From Mobula hypostoma (taxonomy: Eukaryota), in assembly GCF_963921235.1 (NCBI RefSeq), contig NC_086108.1, positions 45,386,001-45,450,000 on the forward strand: DNA of 64,000 nt, written 5' to 3'. Position 1 is the stretch's first letter; each line of letters begins with the position of its first letter. Below, in pieces: positions 24,355 through 38,635 of this stretch. The notes under the pieces were generated by a model. It had not been told where the DNA came from. It saw only the letters and a program-made list of their open reading frames with translations, and ran no database searches. The translations under genes and the position numbers were made by a program.

Positions 24355-24583
24355 TTTTTTTTGATTATCTTCGCTTCTCCCATGTTAGCCAAACATATTA
24401 TTCTTCTAGATCGACTTCTGACACCATGTTCTGTTCTTTATACGTACCGTGGCTTACTAAGAACAAACCATATTCTGGATGAATTAAAACTAGAACTTTT
24501 ATTTACAACAGCAAACAGCAGCCAGGTTTTCACCATACGAGTTTCCAGATCATTCTGTCATTTCTGCGCATGCTCTGAACTCA

Positions 24584-27500
24584 TGTGGCGAGCCACTTTC
24601 CAGCACACTCGAACCGGCTCACAAAAACAGCGCTCGCCGGCAGAGATGCTGGCCCCAAAAGGGCGCCAGGCCATCTTCACCAGCCGGGGGAAAAACCCGC
24701 ACACAGAAAGGGTCTGGGAATATGCATTCCCCACAGCAGTCCCGCCCAGGGAGGGTGGGAACGGGAAGGCTTTAAAGGAGGCCACGAAGTTTGAATCAAT
24801 CTCTTTTATCACAACTCCAACTCACCGACTACGTGTTGTTATTCTAGCGCTGTGTGTAGCACACCGCTATATTTGGTGACCCCGACGGCCCAAACGATAT
24901 TTGGGCCAGAGATGACCGATGCTGCATCTGTTCATGCAGTTTCGTTAAAACTGCCAAGCTTCTGGACGCTGCGAGCTCGCTTATGGTTCGAACAAGCAGA
25001 AGCCCAATTCCACATTTGGCAGGTAACCTCGGATTCCACTCATTACTACTACGTGGTGAGCTCCCTCGACCAGGAGACAGCTGCACAAGTTGAGGAGTTT
25101 GTACAGTTGCCCCCGGAGGACGGCAAATACACAGCATTCAAAGCCCTGCTCATAAGGACTTTTGGACTCTCACGGCGCGAGCGAGCTGCCTGCTTACTGC
25201 ACCTGGATGGTTTGGGAGACAGGCCGCCGTCAGCATTAATGAACGAAATGCTGGCCCTGGCTGAAGGACACAAACCCTGCCTCATGTTTGAGCAGGCGTT
25301 CCTAGAGCAACTGCTCAAGGACATATGCCTACTGCTGTCCGACGCAGATTTCAGTGACCCCCGGAAGGTGGCAGTCCGGGCAGATGTTCTGTGGAATGCC
25401 AACAAGGAGAGAGGGGCATCCGTCGCACAGATCCCCAAGCTGCGTGCCCAACGGCAGACCAGACCAGGCCCAGCAGCAGAGCCTACAAAACCCAGTGATG
25501 GGAGTGAGGAGCCCAACGAACAATGGTGCTTCTACCACCAGCAGTGGGGCACAGAGGCCCGCCGCTGTAGACCACCCTGCAAATTCCCGGGAAACGCCAA
25601 GGCCCAGCCGCCGCCGATCGCTACGGCGGCTGGCCATCAGGACAGCCTCCTGTATGTCTGGGACAAGCAGTCGGGACGCCGCTTTTTGGTTGACACCAGA
25701 GCGGAGATCAGCGTCTTACCTCCAACAAGTTATGATACCCGCAACAGAGAACCGGGACCCACGTTGAGGGCCGCTAACGGCAGCACAATACAGACCTACG
25801 GCACCCACACGGTGCGGCTACAGTTCAGCTCCAGCCGGTTCACGTGGGACTTCACACTGGCCGCCGTGGCCCAACCACTCCTGGGGGTGGATTTTCTGCG
25901 AGCTCACAGCCTGCTGGTCGACTTGCAAGGGAAGTGACTAGTCCACGCCAAGACTTTTCAAACGTTCTCCCTGGGTGAAGCCAAGTTGCCAGCCCCACAT
26001 CTGGACTCCATCACACTGTCCGATGACGAATTTACTAGGGTCCTGGCGGATTTTCCTTCGTTGCTGACACCGCAGTTCACGGCAGCCATGCCCAGACACG
26101 GTGTACAGCACCACATCCCGACCCAGGGACCACCCCTCCACACCCATGCTTGAAGGCTTCCCCCGGACAAGCTCCGACTGGCGAGGGAGGAGTTCAAGAA
26201 GATGGAGGAATTGGGGATCATACGACAGTCCGACAGCCCATGGGCCTCCCCCCTGCACATGGGCCCAAGGCGGCGGGAGGCTGAAGACCATGCGGCGACT
26301 ACCGCAGACTGAACGAGGCTACAACGCCAGACCGCTACCCTGTGCCGCACATTCAAGACTTTGCAGCAAACCTACACGGCACAAGGATCTCTTCCAAGGT
26401 AGACCTCATCCGGGGATACCATCAAATCCCGGTACATCCAGACGACATCCCCAAAACAGCACTCATCACCCCGTTCGGCCTTTTCGAATTCCTCCGAATG
26501 CCGTTCGGTCTAAAGAATGCCGCACAGACGTTTCAGCGGCTAATGGACGCGGTGGGACGCGACCTGGACTTTGCATTCATCTATTTGGACGACATCCTCA
26601 TAGCCAGCAGTAGTCGTCAGGAGCATCTGTCCCACCTCCGTCAACTCTATTCCCGCCTGAGTGAATTCGGCCTTACAATCAACCCAGCCAAATGCCAGTT
26701 CGGACTCGACACACTTCCTGGGCCACAGGATTACTAAAGACGGGGCAACCCCTCTGCCCACCAAGGTGGATGCGGTCCGCCACTTCCCCCGACCCAATCA
26801 AGGGCCTGCAGGTATTCATGGGTATGGTGAATTTCTACCACCATTTCCTCCCCTCAGTAGCCCGAACCATGCTCCCACTGTTCACCCTGATGTCAGGTAA
26901 GGGCAAGGACATTACCTGGGATGAGGAGACCACAGCCGCTTTCGTTAAAACCAAAGAAGCCTTGGCAAACGCTGTGATGCTAGTGCACCCCAGAACGGAC
27001 GTTCCTACTGCCCTCACTGTGGACGCATCCAACACAGCAGTCGGTGGAGTGCTGGAACAACTCATCGAGGGTCGCTGGCAACCCCTGGCTTCTTCAGCAA
27101 ACACCTACGACCACCTGAACTCAAATACAGTGCTTTCGACTGGGAGCTATTGACACTATACCTGGCAATCCGGCATTTCAGGTACTTCTTAGAAGGTAGG
27201 CCCTTCACCACGTTCACGGACCACAAACCACTTACTTTTGCGTTCACTAAGGTGTCCAATCCCTGGTCGTCCCGCCAGCAGCGACATCTGTCCTACATCT
27301 CCGAATACACGATGGACATCCGGCATGTCTTGGGAAAGGACAACTTCGTGATGGACGCACTATCCAGACCGACCATACAGGCCCTGTCCCAGGGGGTGGA
27401 CTATGCAGCGCTGGCAGAGGCACAACAGGCAGACGATGAGATCCCTAGTTACAGAACTGCGATCTCCGGTTTGCAGCTCCAAGACCTCCCTGTAGGCCTA

Positions 27501-28968
27501 TGTGAGAGGGTGAGAGGACCCTACTGTGTGATGTAGCTACCGGCCAACCCCCCCCCCCCCCCATCGTCCCAGCAGCCTGGTGGCAGCGAGTTTTCAAGTC
27601 CATTCACAACTTAGTGCACCCCTCCATCAGGACAACCGTCCGGCTGGTCTCCAACAGATTAGTGTGGCATGGGCTGCGTAAACAGGTCAGTGAATGGGCC
27701 AAAACGTGCATGCAGTGCCAAACGGCCAAGGTGCAGCGGCACACCAAGGCTCCGCTGCAGCAGTTCGAACCCACCCGCCGGAGGTTCGACCACATCCATG
27801 TGGATATCGTAGGTCCCCTGCCAGTGTCATGAGGAGCGCGGTACCTCCTAACTATGATATACCGGTTCACCAGGTGGCCAGAGGCAGTCCCGTTCACCGA
27901 CATCACCTCCGAATCCTGTGCCCGAGCACTGATCGCAACCTGGGTAGCGCGCTTCCGGGTACCGGCCCACATTACCTCCGACAGAGGCGCCCAGTTCACC
28001 TCCAGCCTGTGGTCAGCTATGGCCAGCCTTTTAGGAACACAGCTACACCACACAACTGCCTACCGCCCACAGTCCAACGGACTAGTGGAGCGTTTCCACC
28101 GTCACCTGAAATCGGCTTTCATGGCCCGCCTGGAAGGGCCTAACTGGGTGGACGAACTTCCCTGGGTCCTGCTAGGAATCCGCACGGCGTCCAAGGAGGA
28201 TCTACACACCTCGTCGGCCGAGTTGGTGTACGGCGCACCCCTGGTAGTCCCAGGACAGTTCATACCAGCCCCAAGGGGGTAAGAGGAGGAACCCGCAGCA
28301 GTCCTGGACAGACTACGTGAGAGGCTCGGTAACCTGGCCCCCATACCCACTTCACAGCATGGACAGAGCCCGATCTGCGTACCCAAAGATCCGCAGAACT
28401 GTAAGTTTCTTTTTGTACAACGGGGTGGACACTGGGCACTGCTACAGCGGCCCTACGAGGGGCCGTTTAAAGTGATCAGGAACAATGGGTCCACGTTCGT
28501 GCTGGACATTGGGGGAAGAGAGGAGGTTTTCACAGTGGACTGACTCAAACCGGCCCATGTGGACTTGGCGCAGCTGGTCCGGGCTCAGGCACCGCGGCGC
28601 AGAGGCAGACCTCCCAAACAGAGGCCGATCCAGACTGTGGACATTGGGGGATGTATCGCCAGTTTGGGGGGGGGGGGTTATGTGGTGACCCACTTTCCAG
28701 CGCACTTGAACCGGCTCACAAAAACAGCGCACGCCGGCAGAGAGGCCGGCCCCAAAAGGGCGCCAGGCCATCTTCACCAGCAGGGGGGAAAACCCACGTG
28801 CGGGAAGGGTCTGCGTATATGCATTCCCCACAGCACTCCCACCCAGGGAGGGCGGGAATGGGAAGGCTTTAAAGGAGGCCGCGAAGTTTGAATAAATCTC
28901 TATAATCGCAACTCCAACTCACCGACTACGTGTCGTTATTCTAGTGTTGTGTGTAGCACACCGCTACA
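24584..28968 (+). mobile_element. Full-length Ty3/Gypsy LTR retrotransposon (tRNA-Trp primed, CsRN1-like), decayed
   Basis: 288-bp LTRs at 24584-24871 and 28681-28968; PBS TGGTGACCCCGACG at 24874-24887; poly-G PPT at about 28666-28677; TSD CTCA/CTCT. Motifs: gag LKLPSFW, PR FLVDTRAEIS, RT YLDD, RH DAS, IN HVDIVGP/SDRGAQF/NGLVERFHR. Confidence 0.93.
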
Positions 28969-31900
28969 CTCTGTCCAATCACGTTCGGACACGTTACACG
29001 TAACATCACCACACTTGGTTCAAGCAAATAATTCCTGACAATGCACATTCTGTGCTGCTGCTACTTCTAATGCTTCTTCCACACGTTGTTCAGAATGGAG
29101 GGGCATGATAATGAATGAGTCAGATAGAGACCAGAGCTGTATATTCATCACAAGCAGACATTCAGGAAGAGACCGAGTGGCAGACTCTCTTGGGAGAAAC
29201 TCAGTAGAATCTCTTCAGACTCAAAGTATTTAGATTTTTATACTTTTTGAGAGCAAAGATAACATTAGGTGATGGAGTCCAATTTCAGTTGGTACAGTGA
29301 CATAGTTTGATTCAGTGCTTTGAGAGCAGCTAAACAGTTCCATTGAATTACATATTCACAGTTGGAGCCCATCATACAGTAACTATCAAGATGTCTCTGA
29401 ATATTCAAACACCTCCACTGGTCAAAGCAGTTCATATGGGTAGCTTAAAGATTCTGAGGACAAAACCCCACATGAAATTAGTGCTATGGGGGCTAAAGTA
29501 AGTTTGGGGTGATTATATTTATTTTCTTGTTATCTTGTACACCTGTAAGTTATATATTATTTATGTTAATTTGTTTATGCTTCTCTTCATCTTGTTATGT
29601 GCTATGCTGCTGCATAAAACTAATTTTCATGGCATTTATTTCATGTGTGCATGCATTTGACCACAATAAACTTAAACCTGACCTAACTCTCTGGGTATGC
29701 AAACACTCCTAATTATTGTTCTATGGAATGATAATACCTATGACCATATTTTGAAGAGATAAGTAACAGATAGCAATGAAGATACCTCCTTGATGCCAGT
29801 CACAGTGGTGAAGATATCTCATCTGAAGATGTCTGATATCTAGATTGATGCAGGCTAGTTAACATACCCCCAGTTCTAACGTTACCCATAGCATATGAGG
29901 ATGCCTCTATGTTATGCCAGTTCACAAACCATATCTCTTAAGAAGCTATGAGCTAATAGCTAGCTCTCTTCAGATGGCGGTGCTTTTGTCAGATTTCAGA
30001 TTTATATTTATTTATCACATGTACATCAAAACACATACTGATATGTATCACTTGCATAAACAAACAACACACCCCAGGATGTGCTGGGGACCCATTCTGG
30101 CGCCAACACAGCATGCTCACAATGCATGGCAGAGCAACACAACACAATATTCATGAAGCTCTGCTTTCAATTTAAAAACTCATTACTGCTAATAGTTGAC
30201 ATTTTGTTCTTAAAGACTGGTTCTCATTTTTATGAATAGTTACTCTTCCTTAAACTTTATACATTGACTATGGTTTCTTTGCCCTAAAGGTGGGCATTGC
30301 TGACCCCAACCCACTGTATATTCTGTGCCCGTACTTGTTTCAGGGCTTCTTCCAAATGTTACTTAGAATGAAGATGAACTGATTCACCAAGAAGAAGAAT
30401 AAATGGAAGAAATTTTCTTTCCTTTGTTTGTGCTGGTACTAGGTGTCTTCTTCTCATTTGGTCAGTAGTGCTTGTAATTCCTTTGGCATGTCACTCATGG
30501 TGGGATTACTGTTTTCATGGGACTGGATGCACTCAGGAATTGTGATAAAGGAGCTTGTCACAGTCCTTGTAAAGTACAATTACATAATTGTTGCTTGACT
30601 GGTCTGATTAGTTTTTGAGGAAGACTTTATAAGGTCAACTGGGCTGCAAGTAAATTTTTGTAGATTAATTTTATGATTAGGTGATGTTCATTTGTCTGAC
30701 TGGCTTAATTCTGTTGGCCAGAAAGAACTACAAACAGTGAACTGTGGTGAGCAAAGGCAGTGGAAACAGATGAAGCAGAAGTCTTTGTTCTTTAGCTATT
30801 TTGTGAGATTGTCCTTACTGCTGCCATTTTGGAAACTGTTTAGTGAACGTGGACACAAGGAGTTTCTACTGAACCTGAGACTATTCTCAGATAAAAAGTT
30901 GTTTATTATGTAAGATAGCAGGTTTGCAGAAGGAACAGCCTGTGCTCTGTTTGTTTAAGTGATCTGGTTAGACTGGTTTGAACCACTCTTGAGTTGGACA
31001 GAACAAAAAAAATTCACCCGAGGCACAAAATTGTAGATGAAGGCCATGAAACAATATGGCTTATAGCCCTGAGCTACAACCAATAGGAATCTGACACACA
31101 TCAGTCAGATGACCTCGAGCCAATGAAACTGAAGCATTATAGATTGATCTGAGAAGGAAAAGGATAAGAATGAGGATTTTGGGAGCTCAGGCAGTGACCA
31201 ATGTTGCAGGTGTGGAAGATCCCACATCAGACACATGGAGATCACACTGGAACCATGAGGAACATTTGGTCAGTGTGGGTACTTCCTGGGTATTACCGGT
31301 TTTCTTCTTTGGGTGTCATGAAGGGTCATGAAAATTTAATAAATGTGCACACAATTAGTCAGTTTGTGAATTTATGTGCTTGTTAGTAGAGACAATAAAG
31401 GCACTTGTCAGTAAATGCACATTCTTTTTGTGCCTAACTGATCATTATTACTAAGGGGTAATCCTTGTATCAATTCTTTCTCTGTTTTAGCAAAGAAGTT
31501 CTGATACAAATGAGTTTCATAGAAATCCAAATACTTTATTGTCATCATTATTAAGAATTGTTTGTTCTCCTTCAAATCCTACATTATTTTTAACCTGAAT
31601 TTAAATCCAAAGCTATCCTTTAAACTCGGACCCTGAATCATTAGCCCAGATCTCAAGATTACCTGTCCAATATGTACCCCAATGCACCTTTCCAAACCAT
31701 TTTCTGTTCAGTTGGCATCCAAGCCTATCAATCAGGAGGGAAAAAAAAGCACGTATGTAATGGAATTAATACTGTATTGTGTTTACTCTCTCACCTCTAT
31801 GCCTCCATCTACCTACCCATCCTTTGTCCTTCAATGTCATAATCTAAGTAGAACCAGTAAATATCAGGGCTATTGATATTATATCATTGAGGGAAAAGTA

Positions 31901-32729
31901 TAGGAGGAGCTCCAAATTTCAGCTCTCAACTTTGTTTAGCTGAATTTCACATCCTGGCTATTTTGCAATATCCTCTGTATACCTTTTGCTTTTATGTATT
32001 ATACCGTTCGTGAGGGTGGCAAGGTAGTCCATTGGTTTGTAGATAAGGCTAGTAAAAACAAACTTCATCACATGCTAATTGCAAAGCAATCTCCTTATTA
32101 GTTATTTTCAGCAGGCAGAAAATATCCTATTTTTTCATTGTTTTGAAATCTTCTAAAATTTTGGAAATAGCAATGTTAAGAAAGCATTTAAAAACTTTGA
32201 CATTTTTATAACTAAAACCTCTTTTTCTTGACACAATTCAAATGCGGTTTTGCACTAATGAGTTCTTCCAAGGGAAAAAAGCTGTGTGGTGCTGTTTCAT
32301 TTGGTGTTACAAGTGTTGATTTCCATAATATTTTGCTCACTGATTTTGATATCAAATATGGTAAGAAGAATTCCAGCGTTAGGAACTCGAACAGGAGTTT
32401 GTTCATTTGGTCCCTGAAGCCTGCTCCACCATTTCTCATTTATCAAGAACTTTGTTGAGCTCCCACTTCAGTTATCAATCTTGCACTGTCCCAATGTTCT
32501 TGATTCGCTTTTAGAAATCACTCAATCTCTATTTTGAATGAATGACACATTTCTATTGCTTGTTGACCATTTTGCATATTGATTTGACTCTATAGTAGAC
32601 TCTATAGTAAGCATGTATGTAATGGAATTAATACTGTATTGTGTTTACTCTCTCACCTGAATGAGAGCAGCAGGGTTCTTAACGTGCTACAGTAATTGCA
32701 AAGTAGATAGAGAATTTGCAATGTAGGTT

Positions 32730-33225
32730 GAGTTTGAGGAGACTTGTTATGTAACTGGAGACTCTACTGTGAGGAACATTCTAACTGGTTGTGTCAGCAT
32801 CTGGTATGGAGAGGCTACTGCACAGGACTGGAAAGAGCTGCAGAAGGTTGCAAACTCAGCCAGTCCCATCATGTGCACTAGCATAAGGACGTCTTCAAAA
32901 GATCATTCCTCAGAAAAGTGGCATCTGTTATTCAGAACCCCCATCACCCAGGGTGTGCTGTCTTCTCATTGCTACCATCAGGGAAGAGGTACAGGAGCTT
33001 GAAGACATACACTCAACTTTTTAGGAACAGCTTCTTCCCCACCACCATCAGATTTCTCAATGGACAGGGAACCTATGAATGCTACCCCACTCTATTTTTT
33101 TTACTTTTTTTGCATTACCTATTTAATTAAAATTTTATATATATTGTAACTTATATATATTTTATTAGGTATTGTAATGTACTGCTGTTGCAAAACAAAA
33201 TATTTCATGATATGTAATTCTGATC
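32730..33225 (+). mobile_element. Rex1/Babar-type LINE 3' fragment
   Basis: ILTGCVSIWYG..LQKVANSA, HHPG..FSLLPSGKRYRSL..NSFFP. Confidence 0.8.
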
Positions 33226-33739
33226 TTGAGCTCAAGGATGTTGCAGAAGTTGACGTATTTCCAAATCAGGGTGGTGCATCTGTCAGAAGGTAGAACAGCC
33301 CTTTGGCTCACAATTTCTGCACCAAGCATGATGTCAGATAAAATAATCTCATCTGCCTCCATTTCATGCAGTTTCAAGTGTCTATCTAAAAGCCTTGTGA
33401 ATGCCATCCTGTTCCATCAGCCCCCCCCCCCCCCCGCCGGGCAGTACATTCCCAGCACCTACCATTTTTTTGCATAAAACAAATTGCCCTGCATATCTCC
33501 TTTAAATTTATCCCCTCTCACCATAAAGCTGTTCTTTCTAGCTTTGACATTTCTCCTCTAGGATAAAAGATTCTAGCTGCTACCATCTCTATGCCTCTCA
33601 TTATTCTATAAGCTTCAATCAGTACTGGAAGAATTGACTATGAAGATTTTAAAAACAATGAAATGACATTACATGGTTTATTTTTGTAAATATTGTTTTT
33701 ATATGAATGAATTTTATTTTGCAAAAAAATAAATTTCAG

Positions 33740-35040
33740 TCAGGCTTTTGACAGGTTATCACATGTGCATGTGATGGACATAATTTCCAAAATGGGTTCT
33801 GGGAAGGGAATTGGGAATCAGAATAAACTGCTCTACACAGACATCTCTAGTATAGTCCAAATCAATGGGTAGGAAACAGATAGCTTCCCAATCAAGTTTG
33901 GATTCAGGCAGCCTTGCCTGCTCTCCTTTTGCCAAAACCATCAGGAAGAGCAAGAGCGTAAGAGACATGATACTGCCGAGCAGTGGAGGGACCCAAGTGA
34001 ATACCTCCCTGTATGTGAACGACGTCACCATCTTCTGCTCAAATCTGAGGCTGGTTCACATATTGATTAGCATCTGTGACCAATTTGAGTTGGCATCAGG
34101 GATCAGAGTTAACTGCACCAAGCATGAGGCCACGCTCTTCAGCAACTGGTCTGACTGATCCTGTGTCAAGTCTGAAGGTGCTGGGGATCTGGTTTGGAGG
34201 GGCTGAGGCATGCAACAAGGATTGGCTGAAATGGATTGAGAAGGTAAAACAGAAATTGGGTCTGTGGGGAAGATGCTCCTTATTGATGACTGGGAAGAAC
34301 CTGGCCATCAGGTGTGAGGTGCTCTCAGGGCTGCTGTACATGAAGCAGATGTGGCCCATTCCCCACTCCACCAACTTGGAAATCTCCCGAGCTGTCTTCG
34401 GGTTCATCTAGGGATCCAAGATGGAGCAGGTCAGACAGGTCACAATGCACAAGTCCCCAGACAATGGGGGTAAAAATGTACCCGATGTCGTCTCACCCTG
34501 AGGACCACCTTGGTACGTGGCTGCACTAGGCTGTGTGTGGGCACCAGCTACCACTGTGTGCTGAGGTTCCATCTCCCACTATTGTTGCGAAGAATGTTTC
34601 TGGTCCAGTTGCCATGCAATGTCCTAGTCAATTGCACATTGCCACACTATCAGTCCTTTATGGAAAAGTTCTTTCAGACCAACATCTTCGACTGTAAACT
34701 TGACAAGCAGTGGTCAGCACAGAATGCCCTGCAGACACTACAAGAGAAGGACTTGATGGACACAGTGGTTCCCCTGAGCAGGTGATTCAGACTATCTGGC
34801 AGAATGTTTCACCAACAGGTACCTGGCTGGCGGTGAGAGGGCCCTCCCAGTCAGATTCATCCTGCGTGTCTTGGAATATCACTCCCACTTCATGCTGCCC
34901 ATGGGATGACTGCAATTGGAACAGGACAGTTGCTCACCTCTGCAGACTGGGCTTGCGAAGAGGGTCTATGAAGATGCAAGGGCCTGTGTCGTGCTTCATC
35001 CTGGTCAGCCTAGAGACAGTGGACTCTCTGATCTATTACC
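33740..35040 (+). mobile_element. Tx1/L1-type LINE RT fragment, heavily decayed
   Basis: SLYVNDVTIF, FELASGIRVN..K, LKVLGIWFG, W..RCSLLMTGKNL. Confidence 0.72.
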
Positions 35041-36699
35041 AAGGGAATAGTCATAATTTAAACCTCATTAACAGGAAGTGTGGTGGAAACAAAATCAATC
35101 TGGATTTCCAAAGTGGACTTAACGGGGGGAAGGGACCTACAGGTTTGGCATACTGTGAGAAGCTAGATTTGATGGGCCGAATGGCTTCCTTTTGTTCCAT
35201 AATGATCCTATGAAGGCTCAGAATCTCACCTAACCTTTATTGGTTTGATCTTACTCACTGTTTGGAACTACTGCAGCTGAAATCTGCAGCCACAAAGACT
35301 GCAGGAAGGAGAGTTGTTTCAACCGATTTAAAATTACTAACAATCTTCATACCTGTCAGACTGTGGCCTCCGAACCACAGGGAGCAAGTGCATTAGCTGG
35401 AAGTTCAGGAGAGGTCTTCTGTTTCTCAGTAAATGTAGCTGCCAGGGAGGACTCCAGGTAAAATTGAAGTGCAGGGCCCTAAGGCCCTTCCTATCATTCT
35501 ACTGGCTAACATACAGTCCTCTGGAAAATAAAACTGAAGACCTCAGAGCAAGACTACAGTACCAGAGGGACATCAGAGATAGTTGTGTACTCCGCTTCAC
35601 AGATATGTGCCTCACCCAGAGCGCTCCAGACACATCACTTCAGCCTGACAGCTTCACCAACTACCACGTGGAATAATGGCGATATCATGTAGAGGTGGAA
35701 GGGGAGAAGCTTTTCCTGAAATATATTTGATTTGAGTTATGGTATCTGCAATTACATTGGTTTAATATCTCATATTGTCCATGCTTTATCTCCATTTTAC
35801 CTAGTGGTGTTAATTTATTTTGAAGTGTTGGGATACAGGTCCATATATACATGAAATTGACAAGGCACAAGTGCCTATTATTTGTATATAAATTTGGAAG
35901 TCAATATTGGTGGGCTATTTAACGTTAAAGTTACAAAAGAGGAACATAAACCTGCCCTTATCTGGCATCCCTTCACATGTTTTCTGGCACAATTGATTGA
36001 ATTGCAGTCGGTAGTATCAACTCACTCTAGATTAACTTAGACTAAGTGAATCAGTGAAAACTGCAAATTGAATGTAATATCTTGTTGGCCTCCAGGGCAC
36101 AGTGCTACACAGATAATTGCTAGCTGTAACACTGAAGGAGTACTAAGTAAGATTCTTCTAAAAGTTTAATTATAATTATAACAAAGAAAAACGGGTAAGA
36201 ATAAACGAGAATCACTGTAAATGATCCTATAGGAATTGAAACAATTATGCTTAATACAGACCATTCATCTCATGGTGGTTCAACAAAGAGATCTCCTCAC
36301 CATAGTGACCATCTAACAATTAGGTAAATGACTGTTCAGGTTTCATGTAGATGGGTATACTCTGATCTGGGCAAAAGAGTGTTTATTCAAATAATAAACA
36401 TTAATACTCAATATTTATTCTGGTAAACTGTTTTCAAACACATTTTCTTGTTTTGGCTATAACTCCCAAATTATGTCTATTTTTTCCGTTGTCCTGGACG
36501 TTTACCTGTGTAGAATCCAAAAATCACACATCAATTTACCAAGCATAACTAGTTTTGGGCAGATCATTATTTTTGCCCAGTAAACATGGACTTTTTTCAT
36601 ATGAAAAATTAATGTATTCAGAATTATTTTTCTGGCATCCAGATTATCTATACTACATCAATAAAGCCATAATATAGTGCCAAAAATTCAAGCACCAAG

Positions 36700-36918
36700 T
36701 GACTGCAGATGCTACATTCTCGAGCTTTAAAAAAAGTGCTGGAGGAATTCAGCTGGTCAAGCATCTGAGGAGGCAGAGGGATAGTTAACATCTGGAGTTG
36801 AGCCAAGTCTTTGACCATCCGAAACAATAACTCTGATTTTCTTTCTGCAATCCAGCCAGACTTGCAAAGTATTTCCAGCATCTTCTGTTTTTATTTTTGA
36901 TATCCATCATCTGCAGTT
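36700..36918. repeat. Old palindromic Penelope-tail (MER6-like) element
   Basis: Termini actgcagatg / catctgcagt, with two degenerate tail halves in inverted orientation. Confidence 0.55.
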
Positions 36919-37489
36919 TCTTTTATTTTGATTTTCTGATGGACCCATCTCCTTTTACCTGCAGTTAAGGGCAGGATGCCTTACAGCTTCCTGTCAAACA
37001 AGTTGGCTGAACCAAAGTTATGTGAACATAAGCAGCAGTAGAAATCCTACCAAAAAGAGTTGTTCTATTTTCCTTGTATTAATGGTAAGTAAAATGTTGA
37101 AGAATGGGGATTTTTGCTAATGAGTGAAAATCAGTAAATGAATATCAAGCTTTGAAAACCTGAAATTAAAAACAGAATATTCCAGAAAAACTCAGTACAT
37201 CAGACAAATCTACTGAGTTGAAAGAGAAACACTTAACATTTCAGGTCGAAGACCTTTATCAGGTGAAAGATCTCCAAACTGAAGCATTACTAAAAGCAAA
37301 TAACAAAGTAACAATCCAAACAAAATTCAAATCAGCTTCACACCAACTTCTGCAAATTCTGAGCTAGCAGTTTTTAGTTTCCTGAGAAGACAACAATAAT
37401 AAGCTTTAATTTCAGCATATGATGTAGGAAAGAGGCTGACAATATCTTACATTTTCTATATTTATGAGAAGTGAGGACCAGAAACTTTG

Positions 37490-38635
37490 GTGGTCAACAT
37501 TATCTACTGTAGACCACTTGGACAACAGAATTGCCCAAGTCAGGCTGTTGTTTATTGATTACAGCTCAACGTTCAACACTATCAATCCATAGTACTAATC
37601 AACAAGCTTCAAACCTGGGCCTTTGTATCTCTCTCTGCAAATGGATCCTTGACTTCCTCACAGTCAGTGCGTATCAGAAATATCATCTCCTTCTCACTGA
37701 CAATCAACACAGGTGCATCTCAAGGATTCATGTTTTGCTGCTCTACTCTCTCTATGCCCATGATTGTGTGGCTAGGCATATCTCTACACCAGCTATAACT
37801 TTGCTAATGACACAATTGTTGTTGACAGAATCTCAGATGGTAACAAGGAGGCATAGATCAGCTGGTTGAGGTGCTGTCACACCAACAATCTTGCACTTAA
37901 TATCAGTAAGACCAAGGAATTGATTGTGGATTTGAGGAGAAGGAAGGCAGAGGGACACACACCAGTTCTCACCGAGGGGTCAGCAGTGGAAAGGGTGAGC
38001 AGCTTCAAGTTCCCGGGTGTCAACATCTCTGAAGATCTATCCTGGGCCCAACATATTGATGCAATCATGAAGAAGGCACACTAGTAGCTATATTTTATTG
38101 GGAGTCTGGGAAGGTTTGGTATGTCACCAAAAACTCTGGTAAATTTCTACAGGCTGTATTGTGAAGAGCATTCTGACTGGTTGCTTCAACATCTGGTATG
38201 GAGGCGCCAATGCAAAAGATTGGAAAAAGCTGCAGAGGGTTGTGAACTCAGCCAGTTCCATCACGGGCACTAGATTCCCCACCAGCGAGGACACCTTCGA
38301 AAGGTGATACCTCAAGAAGGTGGCATCCATCATGAAGGACCCTCACCATCCAGGGCTTTCCCTCTTCTTATTACTGCCAAGGAGGTACAGGAGCCTAAAG
38401 ATACACACTCACTGCTTTCGGCACTGTCTCTTCCCCCTCCACTACCAGATTTCTGAACGGACCATGGCCCTGTGAACACTACATCACTCTTTTGCTCTCT
38501 TTTTGAACTATATTTTTCATAGTATTCTTCCAGTAATTGATAGTAATTTTAACGTATTTTACTGCACTGCTGCTGCAAAACAATAAATTTCACGGCATAT
38601 CGTGTGTCAGTCATAATAAACCTGATTCTGATTCA
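37490..38635 (+). mobile_element. Rex1/Babar-type LINE fragment
   Basis: LCKWILDFLT, NNLALNISKTKELIVD, VERVSSFKFPGV.ISEDLSW. Confidence 0.85.

Larger units (their letters stand above)
18650..29013 (-). mobile_element. Full-length decayed Ty3/Gypsy LTR retrotransposon with nested insertions
   Basis: LTRs at 18650-18847 and 24427-29013 (the latter split by an insertion). PBS TGGTGTCAGAAGT (tRNA-Leu) at 24414-24426, PPT at about 18848-18862, TSD TTTGG/CTTGG. Order gag-PR(DTGAQ)-RT-RH(DAS, ETDHKPL)-IN(SNGLVE). Confidence 0.92.

Noticed and set aside
25049..28831. Long antisense ORFs over the inner Gypsy
   Set aside because: GC-rich shadow frames of gag-pol with no independent motifs.
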